Assembly: GCA_963702875.1 (NCBI GenBank)
Contig: OY969768.1
Span: forward strand, 875,876-939,875
Direction: 5' to 3'
Origin: an uncultured Solirubrobacterales bacterium
Lineage (GTDB): Bacteria; Actinomycetota; Thermoleophilia; Solirubrobacterales; Solirubrobacteraceae
Length of the DNA: 64,000 nucleotides
The translations under genes and the position numbers were made by a program. The notes beneath the pieces were generated by a model that was not told the origin of the DNA, searched no databases, and was given only the letters and a program-made list of their open reading frames with translations. Position 1 is the first letter of the stretch; the number at the start of each line of letters is the position of its first letter. Positions 56,150 to 64,000 of the stretch are shown piece by piece.

Positions 56150-57700
56150 TTGAAGCCGACGCTAGACCCTATGGCGTGGGTCGGCTCTTGCAGGGTTGAC
56201 CGCCGGGGTTAGTGGCCGGACGCTCCTCGCGGGGATTTGTCTGGCCGGAGAGTGGCTCCGGCTGACCCGAGATGAGTGAGGAGGTCCGGCCATGTCCGGA
56301 ACGATGACGTGGGTGGGGTTTGATGTCCATGCTCGCTCGGCGCACGCCGCGGCGATCGATACCGGGACCGGGGAGTTGCAGCGATGGCGGTTCGGGCCGG
56401 GGGTGGAGGCGCCGGTCGTGTGGCTGCGGTCTTTGGCGGGTCCGGTGCGGGCGTGTTATGAGGCGGGGCCGACCGGGTTCGGGCTCTACCGGGCGGCGGT
56501 GGCGGCGGGGATCGGTATGGAGGTGGTCGCGCCGGGGAAGACACCGCGTGGTCGCTCTGACCGGGTCAAGACTGATCGCAAGGACGCTGAGTTGCTCGCT
56601 CGGCTGCTGTTGGCGGGGTCGCTGACGCCGGTCACGGTTCCGTCCGTCGAGGTCGAGGCCGCGAGGGAGCTGACGCGCTGTCATGACGCGTGCCGACGGG
56701 ATCTGATGAACGCGAGGCATCGTGTCTCGAAGATGCTGTTGCGCCACGGCGGGGTGTATCCGAAGCCGTCGACCTGGAGCCGGGAGCATCGACGCTGGCT
56801 CTCACGTCAGCAATTCGATCAGCCGGCCAGCGAGCTCACCTTCGCGAACCTGCTCGCGTCGGTCGACGGGTTGAGTGCCCGCAAGATCGCGCTGGCCGAG
56901 CGGCTCTCAAGGCTGGCTATCGAAGGGGAGTGGTGGCCGACGGTCGCTCGCTTGCGCTGCTTCCGGGGCGTCGACACGCTGACCGCGCTGACGATCCACC
57001 TCGAGCTCGGCGGTGATTGGCGACGGTTCCAGAAGGCCCACCGGGTCGGGTCATGGCTGGGGCTGACACCATCGCTGAACCAGTCCGGTGAATCCTCCCA
57101 TCAGGGGTCGATCACCAAGACCGGATCCACCCTGGCCCGTCGGCTGCTCGTCGAAGCCGCCTGGCACTACGCGCGCGAGCCACGGATCGGCGCGACGTTG
57201 GAGAGCCGCCAGCACGGCCAGCCCGAGCACGTGGTCGCGATCGCCAACCGCGCGCAGCACCGTCTGCACCGCGTCTATCACCGCATGCGCGCCCGCGGCA
57301 AGCCTCACAACGTCACCATCGTGGCCTGCGCGCGCGAGCTCGCATGCTTCCTCTGGGCCGCAGCCACCGCGGACTGACCGCCCAGGACAGCACCACCGTT
57401 CAGGAGGCCGGGGCGCCGGGTCAACGAAGCGGCCGGGCACGCGCGATACACCTATGAGCAACACCTTCAACGGGTGTCACGCTCGTTCCTAGACACGCGC
57501 ACGCCGGCAGCGAAACCGGGCCTTGGGGTACACAAAATCCCCGCATATCAGACTGGCAACGCCGACACACCAGCCCGACGCCCCGCCCTCCTGAACACCA
57601 CCCACCGTCCCTCCCAGCGGGCGCGACCAGCCACGCCCCCTTGACAAACGAACCGCCATATCAGATGTCGCTGGCACATGGCGCTCGTGAGCTCTGGCCT
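56150..57700 (+). mobile_element. IS110-family insertion sequence; boundaries not determined
   Basis: A single DEDD-type transposase ORF sits in a 1.87-kb gap between the starts of two divergent metabolic genes. I could not identify terminal inverted repeats, which fits this family. Confidence 0.6.
56292..57377 (+). CDS. IS110-family transposase/recombinase
   Basis: WVGFDVHARS..., YEAGPTGFGLY, KTDRKDAELLARLL, GVDTLTALTIHLELGD, LGLTPSLNQSGESSHQGSITKTGSTLARRLLVEAA. Confidence 0.9.
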   Translation: MSGTMTWVGFDVHARSAHAAAIDTGTGELQRWRFGPGVEAPVVWLRSLAGPVRACYEAGPTGFGLYRAAVAAGIGMEVVAPGKTPRGRSDRVKTDRKDAELLARLLLAGSLTPVTVPSVEVEAARELTRCHDACRRDLMNARHRVSKMLLRHGGVYPKPSTWSREHRRWLSRQQFDQPASELTFANLLASVDGLSARKIALAERLSRLAIEGEWWPTVARLRCFRGVDTLTALTIHLELGGDWRRFQKAHRVGSWLGLTPSLNQSGESSHQGSITKTGSTLARRLLVEAAWHYAREPRIGATLESRQHGQPEHVVAIANRAQHRLHRVYHRMRARGKPHNVTIVACARELACFLWAAATAD

Positions 57701-57911
57701 AAGCTGTGCCCGCCGCGGCTCACCTCACACGGGAAACGGGTCGCAATCCGGCCACCAGAATCACGATGCCCGACTCACTCGAGCTTGAACGGTTTGCGCA
57801 GGGCGTGAACATCGTCCGTCACTGTCGCGAGATGTGGCGGCGTCGAGCCGACCTCCGCGCGTGGGCAATTACCTGAGCCCGGGCATCCGCCGCGATCGCC
57901 CGCTGGGCGTG

Positions 57912-59108
57912 ATGCCGGCCTCCGCGCTCGACTATCGCGAGCTCGCTCGGCGCCGACTGCCTCGACAGCTGTTCGACTACGTCGATGGAGGAGCGATCAG
58001 CGAGGCTACGCAGCGAGCGAACGTCGAGGACCTTGCCCGGGTTGTGCTCCGTCAACGGGTCATGCGGGATGTTTCGGCGCGTGAGCTGTCAGTGTCGGTT
58101 CTCGGTCAGCGGCTCGCGATGCCGGTGATCCTGGCGCCGGTCGGCTACGGCGGAATGGTCGCGCGCAGGGGTGAGGTGCAGGCGACGCGTGCAGCTGATG
58201 CGATCGGCGTCCCGTTCGTCGAGTCGACCCTGTCGGTCTGCAGTCTGGAGGAGGTCGCGGGGGCGACGTCGGCGCCACCTTGGTTCCAGCTCTACGTGAT
58301 GCGCGACCGCGACTATGCCGAGGCGCTGATGGCGCGCGCGCGGGCGATCGGGACCCCTGTGCTGCTGCTGACGGTCGACCTTGCCGTGCCCGGCTTGCGC
58401 TACCGCGACAAGCGCAACGGGCTCGTCGAGAACCCCACCCGCCGGGCGCTGCTGGGGCGCGGCCTCGATATCTTCGGACATCCCCGTTGGGTGAGCGACG
58501 TCGTTCTGTCGGGCAGGCCGCTGCGATTCGGGAATCTCCACGCCGGTGTGCCCGGCGCGTTCAACCGTGCGGCGGCCAACAAATGGACGATCGAGCAATT
58601 CGATCCTGGAGTTACGTGGGAGGACGTCGCCTGGGTGCGGGAGCACTGGCCCGGACCTCTGGTCCTCAAAGGCATCATGGACTTGGACGACGCGCGCCGG
58701 GCGGTGGCGATCGGCGTCGATGGGGTCGTGGTTTCCAACCATGGTGGGCGCCAACTGGACTCGGCCCCCTCGACGGCCAGCGTCCTACCGGCAATCGCAG
58801 ACGCGGTCGGTCACGATCTGGAAGTCCTCGTCGATGGCGGCGTACGGACTGGCATCGACGTGATCAAGATGATCGCGCTCGGGGCCAAGGCCGTGTTCAT
58901 CGGGCGCCCTTGGGCATGGGCGTTGGCCGCCCGAGGCGAGCACGGGATCCGGCATCTCCTGAAAGCAACCATGGCGGACATCGACGTCGCGCTGGCGCTG
59001 ACCGGGCAGACGTCGATCAGTGCAATCGATCGTTCGATTCTGTACACAGATCCGCCTCACATCGCCCGCGAGGAAGCTGCGAGCCGATCGCCAAACAGCG
59101 TCATCTAG
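57912..59108 (+). CDS. FMN-dependent alpha-hydroxy-acid oxidase/dehydrogenase (L-lactate dehydrogenase-like)
   Basis: LDYRELARRRLPRQLFDYVDGGA..., PWFQLYVMRDR, LLLTVDLAVPGLRYRDKRNG, VVVSNHGGRQLD. Confidence 0.8.
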   Translation: MPASALDYRELARRRLPRQLFDYVDGGAISEATQRANVEDLARVVLRQRVMRDVSARELSVSVLGQRLAMPVILAPVGYGGMVARRGEVQATRAADAIGVPFVESTLSVCSLEEVAGATSAPPWFQLYVMRDRDYAEALMARARAIGTPVLLLTVDLAVPGLRYRDKRNGLVENPTRRALLGRGLDIFGHPRWVSDVVLSGRPLRFGNLHAGVPGAFNRAAANKWTIEQFDPGVTWEDVAWVREHWPGPLVLKGIMDLDDARRAVAIGVDGVVVSNHGGRQLDSAPSTASVLPAIADAVGHDLEVLVDGGVRTGIDVIKMIALGAKAVFIGRPWAWALAARGEHGIRHLLKATMADIDVALALTGQTSISAIDRSILYTDPPHIAREEAASRSPNSVI

Positions 59109-59186
59109 CGCCGATATAGCTGCGACCCGAGCTTTGTATGCCCGACTAATAGCCGGGCGTGGATCGCATCGGCAGGCTCCCGTGCA

Positions 59187-59981
59187 ATGAAGCTGGCCAC
59201 ATTCGACCCCGGCGACGGTCGTCCCCCACGCACGGGTTCGGTCGACGGGGATCGTGTCACGGCGCTCGACGGCGCCCCGAGCGCCGTCGATGTCCTCACC
59301 GGGAAAGCAAGCGTCCAGTCCTCGGACGAGTCGTGGCCGCTGTCTGACGTACGTCTGCTTGCGCCAATTCCCAACCCTCGCACGGTCTACGCGATCGGTC
59401 TCAACTACGAGAAGCACATCGAGGAGACGGGGAACGCGAGGCCTGATGCACCGATCGTGTTCGTCAAGGTCGCCAATTCGGTCGCGCCGCCGTTCGGAAC
59501 GGTTGTCTGCCCGAAGGTCGTGCAGCGCCTCGACTATGAAGGTGAGCTCACGATCGTCGTCGGGGCGAACAACGAGATCGCGGGTTACTGCGTGGCTAAT
59601 GACGTCAGCGCGCGCGACCTCCAGCGCCGCGAGCCACAATGGACCCGAGCAAAGGGCGCCGATACGTTCTGCCCGTTCGGTCCATGGGTGACGACCGCCG
59701 ACGAGGTGCCGGACCCGGAGAATCTCCAGCTGCGCACGTGGGTCAACGGTGAGCTGCGCCAGGACTCGAGCACCTCGGATCTCCTGTTCGGTTGCAGGCA
59801 GGTCGTCGACTTCATCTCCGAGACATGCACCCTCAGTCCCGGCGATTTGATCCTCACCGGGACTCCCAGCGGCGTCGGCATGGGATTCGACCCGCCCCGC
59901 TTCCTGGCACACGGTGACACCGTTCGCATCGAGATCGAGCGTCTCGGCGCGATCGAGCAGGTGATCGAGATCGACCGCTAA
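59187..59981 (+). CDS. Fumarylacetoacetate hydrolase (FAH) family protein
   Basis: VYAIGLNYEKHIEE, LDYEGELTIVVG, NDVSARDLQ, PGDLILTGTPSGVG. Confidence 0.8.
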   Translation: MKLATFDPGDGRPPRTGSVDGDRVTALDGAPSAVDVLTGKASVQSSDESWPLSDVRLLAPIPNPRTVYAIGLNYEKHIEETGNARPDAPIVFVKVANSVAPPFGTVVCPKVVQRLDYEGELTIVVGANNEIAGYCVANDVSARDLQRREPQWTRAKGADTFCPFGPWVTTADEVPDPENLQLRTWVNGELRQDSSTSDLLFGCRQVVDFISETCTLSPGDLILTGTPSGVGMGFDPPRFLAHGDTVRIEIERLGAIEQVIEIDR

Positions 59982-60215
59982 ACCCGGCGGGACGCGCTGA
60001 CCAAGGCGCCCGCCGACGGGAAGAACCAACGATCCGCTCCTGCGTGGTCCGATCGCGCCTGCGGTCGGAGCGCGGATCAATGCCCAGTCGCAGCGCTCGG
60101 CCGAGGAGCCGACGCAGCTGATCGAAGAAGTCGGCGCGCCGGCTGCGTAACCGCGCGCGTTGGTTCCGCCATCGTCAGGGCGGGTAGCCAAACCTCTCGT
60201 GAAGAAACGAGAGGA

Positions 60216-61172
60216 GTGACGATGGCATACAGGTTCGGAGCGGACGAGTCGGTGCACGGCGCGATCCTGCGATGCGCCCGCGAGCAGCTCGATCAAGCGT
60301 CTTACGAGCTGAGCGAGCGGGTCGGCCGCGACCCCATCGACGCGATCCACACCGCCCGCAAGGCGATCAAGAAGGAGCGCTCGCTGTTGCGCCTCGCTCG
60401 AGGCGCGATGCCTCGCGACCAGCGCGAGCGCGAGAACGCGGCTCTGCGCGAAGCCGCGCGCCGCGTCTCCGACACGCGTGACGCCGACGTGATGGTCGAG
60501 TCGACCAGCCAGCTCTCAGAGCGGTTCGCGGGTCAGCTTCCAGCCACCGCCTTTCAAACGATCCAGGCGCATCTCGAAACTCGCCGAGCGCTCGACAGCG
60601 CGTTTCGGAAGTCCGCGGTCGTCGATCCGAGCGCGCTCGATGAGCTCGCGGATGCATACGCCCGCGTCGACGATTGGCAGCTGCGCAAAGGAGGGTGGAA
60701 GGCACTCGACAGCGGACTCCTTCGCGCCTATCGGCGTGGGCGCCGATCCTTTGTCCGTGCCCGTGTCAGCGGCGCAACGGATGATCTACACGCCTGGCGC
60801 AAGCGAGTGAAGGACCTCTGGTACCACGAGCGCCTGCTCGCTCCGACCTGCGGCCCGGCCGTAAGGGGCCACGCCAAAGATCTCGACAGGCTGTCCGATC
60901 TACTCGGCGACGACCACGACCTGGCGCTTCTCAGGCAGGAGCTGGACCATGACAGCACCCCAGTTGCGGTCGACCTCGACGCGGTCATCGGGCTGATAGA
61001 CCATCGGCGCTCCGAGCTGCAAGCCGAGGCCATCAGCATCGGTCAGCGCGTGTACGCCGAGAAGCCGAAGGCCTTCCGGCGCAGAATGCGCCGCGTCTGG
61101 AAGGCTGGACGGACGCTGGCTCGTGCCCCGCAGGAGCAACATCCCGCGCAGCTGGCCGCAGCGACCAGGTGA
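60216..61172 (+). CDS. CHAD-domain protein
   Basis: ...IHTARKAIKKERSLLRL... and ...LHAWRKRVKDLWYHERLL..., the conserved His/Arg-rich helices typical of CHAD. Confidence 0.6.
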   Translation: MTMAYRFGADESVHGAILRCAREQLDQASYELSERVGRDPIDAIHTARKAIKKERSLLRLARGAMPRDQRERENAALREAARRVSDTRDADVMVESTSQLSERFAGQLPATAFQTIQAHLETRRALDSAFRKSAVVDPSALDELADAYARVDDWQLRKGGWKALDSGLLRAYRRGRRSFVRARVSGATDDLHAWRKRVKDLWYHERLLAPTCGPAVRGHAKDLDRLSDLLGDDHDLALLRQELDHDSTPVAVDLDAVIGLIDHRRSELQAEAISIGQRVYAEKPKAFRRRMRRVWKAGRTLARAPQEQHPAQLAAATR

Positions 61173-61209
61173 CGATCGGCGGTCGATACTCGTCACCATC
61201 ACGCCGGCG

Positions 61210-61887
61210 TCAGGTCCGGTCCCGCTGCTCGCTGCCCGGTCTCACGATCCCGGTCTCGTAGGCGAGCACCACCGCCTGGATTCGGTCGCGAAGATCGAGC
61301 TTGTCGAGCACGCGGGCGACGTGCGTCTTGATCGTCAGCGGCGACACGACGAGCTGCTCGGCGATCTCGGCGTTGGACAAGCCCCGCGCGACGAGCATCA
61401 GGATCTCGTGCTCGCGCGGCGTGAGCTCGCGCAGACCCGGTGGCGGCTGCCGTGTCGGCGCGTGGTCGCGGACGAAGGCCTCGATCAGGCGGCGGGTGAC
61501 GGACGGGGCCAGCAGGGAGTCGCCGTCGGCGATCGTGTGGATCGCGCTCAGAAGCTGTTCGGGCGCGACGTCCTTCAGCAGGAAGCCACTGGAACCCGCG
61601 ACGAGCGCGTCGAACACGTACTCGTCGAGGTCGAATGTCGTCAGCATCAGGACCCGCGGGGCGCTCGGACCCGCGAGGATCCGGCGAGTCGCCTCGAGCC
61701 CGTCCATGACCGGCATCCGGATGTCCATCAGGACGACGTCGGGTCGCGCGCGCCGGCTCGCATCGACCGCCTCGGCGCCGTCGGAGGCCTCGCCGATCAC
61801 GCGAATCTGTGGGTCAGTCTCGAGGATCATCCGGAACCCGGCGCGGACGAGCACCTGGTCGTCGGCGATCACGACGCTGACGCTCAA
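61210..61887 (-). CDS. NarL/LuxR-family two-component response regulator
   Basis: Receiver domain VVIADDQVLVRAGF...VVLMDIRMPVMDG; C-terminal HTH LTPREHEILMLVARGLSNAEIAEQLVVSPLTIKTHV. Confidence 0.9.
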   Translation of the reverse strand: MSVSVVIADDQVLVRAGFRMILETDPQIRVIGEASDGAEAVDASRRARPDVVLMDIRMPVMDGLEATRRILAGPSAPRVLMLTTFDLDEYVFDALVAGSSGFLLKDVAPEQLLSAIHTIADGDSLLAPSVTRRLIEAFVRDHAPTRQPPPGLRELTPREHEILMLVARGLSNAEIAEQLVVSPLTIKTHVARVLDKLDLRDRIQAVVLAYETGIVRPGSEQRDRT

Positions 61888-63065
61888 ACCGGGGCACCTG
61901 CGTCGAGTGGCAGGCGAGCGGTCAGCGCGAACCCCTGAGCGTCACGCTCGGTGAGCAGCTTTCCGCGGTACAGAGCGATGCGCTGTGCGAGGCCGGCGAC
62001 TCTGCGGTCGAGTTCCGGGATCGGGGTTTCGCCGGTGACTACGAGCTCGAGGTTCCGCGGCTGGTAGTGGATCGTGACGACGCTCCGGACCGCGTTGCGC
62101 TCGGCGGCGGCCTGAAGCGCGGTCTCGATCACGCGATAGGCGACGAGGTCGATCCCCGGCGTCAGATCGATCGGCTGGCCGAGCGTGCGCCGCTCGCATT
62201 CGAGCCCGGCACGTTGCGCGGCATCGATCAGTGCCGGCAGTTGACCCAGGCCCGGCTGCGGGCTCAGCGCTCGCGGATCGTCGTCCTTTCGCAGCATCCC
62301 GAGCAGCCGCCGAAGATCGCTCAACGCCTGACGGCCGGTCCGCTCGACGTTCAGGATCGCCGCGCGAGACTGGTCGGGCTCGGCGTTCAGCAACAGCCTC
62401 GCGCTCGCTGCCTGCACGACCATCGCGCTGATCGCATGGGCGACGATGTCATGGAGCTCGGCGCCGATCCGCGCTCGTTCGTCGGCGACCGCGGTCGCGT
62501 CCCGCAGATCCCGCTCGGCGGCGGCGTCCTCGGCGAGCTCGTGAAACGCGCGCGTGCGCTCACCGTGCCGCCCGACGAACCAGCCGACGAGCCACACCGG
62601 CACCAGCAGCACAGTCACGTAGAACAGCGCCCAAGCAGCCTGACCGGTTCCGGTCGACGAACCGTCGGGGCCCGGTAGCAACGCCCAGGCGTACAGCAGC
62701 GCCAGGGCCGCGCACAGCGCCACGGCGGCGCGCCGTGCGCCGGCCCATGCGCCTGCGGAATACGCGAGCACGAGCACTGGGATCACGTACGCGTTGTCGT
62801 TGGACAGCAGCTGACCTCCAAGCGGCATCGACACGGTCACGGCGGCGGCCGACACGACCAGCGCCGCGGCGGGCCACCGGCGCCGGACCGCGATCGGGGC
62901 CACGAACGGAATTGCGGCGATCGCCGTGATAACGCGATCGTGCGTGAAGGTCCCGGGCGTCAGCCAGCAGGTCAGCTCGATCGCGACGAGTGCAGCAGCC
63001 GCCACGATCGCGTCGAGCACTTGGCGATCGATCCCGGTCAGCAGCTTGCGGGCATCGCTCAACAC
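61884..63065 (-). CDS. HisKA_3-type sensor histidine kinase
   Basis: TM-rich N-terminus; ERARIGAELHDIVAHAISAMVVQA (H-box); HATPase region. Overlaps the regulator gene by 4 nt. Confidence 0.85.
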   Translation of the reverse strand: MLSDARKLLTGIDRQVLDAIVAAAALVAIELTCWLTPGTFTHDRVITAIAAIPFVAPIAVRRRWPAAALVVSAAAVTVSMPLGGQLLSNDNAYVIPVLVLAYSAGAWAGARRAAVALCAALALLYAWALLPGPDGSSTGTGQAAWALFYVTVLLVPVWLVGWFVGRHGERTRAFHELAEDAAAERDLRDATAVADERARIGAELHDIVAHAISAMVVQAASARLLLNAEPDQSRAAILNVERTGRQALSDLRRLLGMLRKDDDPRALSPQPGLGQLPALIDAAQRAGLECERRTLGQPIDLTPGIDLVAYRVIETALQAAAERNAVRSVVTIHYQPRNLELVVTGETPIPELDRRVAGLAQRIALYRGKLLTERDAQGFALTARLPLDAGAPV

Positions 63066-64000
63066 TGCGCCTCCTCAGCGAGCGGAAGGCGGGCCAGCAC
63101 CATGAACCCTCCCGCCGGGCGGACGCCGGCGACGAGGGTTCCGCTGTGCAGCGCGACACGCTCGCGCATGCCCGCGATTCCGTGCCCGCTGCCGGCGCCG
63201 TTGGCGGTGAGGTGACCGCATCCGTCGTCTGAGATCTCCAGCTCGAGTTCGGACCGGCTCCAGCGGACGTTGACCGAGGCGTTTGCGGGCGCGGCGTGCT
63301 TGATCGCGTTGGTCAGCGACTCCTGGACGATTCTGTACGCGCACAAGTCGAGCGCCGGTGACACGGGCGCGGGCTGGCCGTCGACCCGCAGATCGGCGGC
63401 GATTCCCGCCGTACGAGCTCGAACGAGCAGCGGCGCGATGTCGGCCAGGCCCGGCTGGGGCGCAAGCGCGCGCGGATCGCCCTCGCCGAGGATTCCCAGC
63501 AGCCTGCGCATCTCCGCGAGCGCGTCGCGGCCGGCGCGCTCGACGCTTTGCAACGACTGCTCGGCGCGCTGCGGGTCGGTTCCCATCACGAGCCGCGCGC
63601 CGCCCGCCTGGATCACCATCACCGACACGCTGTGGGCGATCACGTCGTGCAGCTCGCGCGCAATCCGCGCCCGCTCACCGAACGCCGCCGCGCGTGCGCT
63701 CGCCTCTCGCGTCGCGTCGGCCTGCTCGGCGACAGCACGGGACTCGCGCTCGCGCCGCGCCCGCACCCTCACCGTGCGCCCGAGCGCGTATGGCGCCAGA
63801 ACCGCGAACAGCTCCATCGGCACCAGACTCCCAAGCCCTCCGCCCGGCTTGGTCAGCGAGTTGACCGACGTGACCACGATCGCCAACGCGAGCATCGCCG
63901 CCGATCGCCGAGCGGGGGCGAACGCCCCGAGCCCGTAGAACAGCATGATCACCGCGATCTGCGCCCCGGCCGCGTTGGCGAACTCGGCGGACTCGCCGGT
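63059..64000 (-). CDS. Second HisKA_3-type sensor histidine kinase; N-terminus lies outside the window
   Basis: ERARIARELHDVIAHSVSVMVIQA, ...GSGHGIAGMRERV.... The reading frame is open to the window end. Confidence 0.8.
   Translation of the reverse strand, partial: TGESAEFANAAGAQIAVIMLFYGLGAFAPARRSAAMLALAIVVTSVNSLTKPGGGLGSLVPMELFAVLAPYALGRTVRVRARRERESRAVAEQADATREASARAAAFGERARIARELHDVIAHSVSVMVIQAGGARLVMGTDPQRAEQSLQSVERAGRDALAEMRRLLGILGEGDPRALAPQPGLADIAPLLVRARTAGIAADLRVDGQPAPVSPALDLCAYRIVQESLTNAIKHAAPANASVNVRWSRSELELEISDDGCGHLTANGAGSGHGIAGMRERVALHSGTLVAGVRPAGGFMVLARLPLAEEAQC

Overview
High-GC (about 70% by eye, not computed) chromosomal segment that looks actinobacterial: the SOS box has the TCGAAC-N4-GTTCGG form, there is an Rv1683-like lipase/acyl-CoA synthetase fusion, and a sulfate-binding protein plus cysTWA operon. 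All functional calls come from reading the six-frame translations; no searches were run.

Layout:
- 1-21.4 kb is mostly housekeeping or metabolic: pckG, a MaoC hydratase, a malyl-CoA-lyase-like gene with an Rrf2 regulator, the sulfate ABC transporter, a SucCD-like CoA ligase, chrA, a penicillin-acylase-family gene, RNase P RNA and lexA.
- tRNA-Leu(GAG) sits at 21391..21476.
- 21.5-47.5 kb is a mosaic accessory stretch. It holds vapBC, a K+ channel, several membrane and stress-type genes, LuxR regulators, an MFS transporter, two SpoT-like HD proteins, gene fragments and a Tn3 relic.
- 47.5-64 kb is mixed: a PadR module, GNAT, DUF2254, an antiporter, a large secreted protein, a TPP enzyme, one IS110-family element, an FMN lactate-oxidase-like gene, an FAH-family gene, a CHAD gene, and a two-kinase/one-regulator two-component module.

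Most notable observations:
1. A 56-nt copy of the tRNA-Leu 3-prime part at 46923..46978, with a related terminator hairpin, brackets about 25.5 kb together with the intact tRNA. This looks like an integrase-less island scar.
2. A perfect 690-bp direct repeat pair (30040..30729 and 38778..39467), each carrying a complete DUF1269-like gene, flanks an 8-kb regulator/exporter cassette.
3. Three abutting perfect 24-nt palindromes, all centred on GCATGC, fill most of the maoC / lyase-rrf2 divergent intergenic region (3618..3689).
4. At least four conserved genes, including pckG and sulP, are broken by frameshifts. This means either ongoing pseudogenisation or indel errors in the assembly, so every pseudogene call needs checking against reads.

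I found no rRNA, no CRISPR array, no recognisable integrase and no clear prophage or known defence system. Coordinates of non-coding features were hand-counted and anchored on ORF-track ends; expect errors of 1-2 nt.
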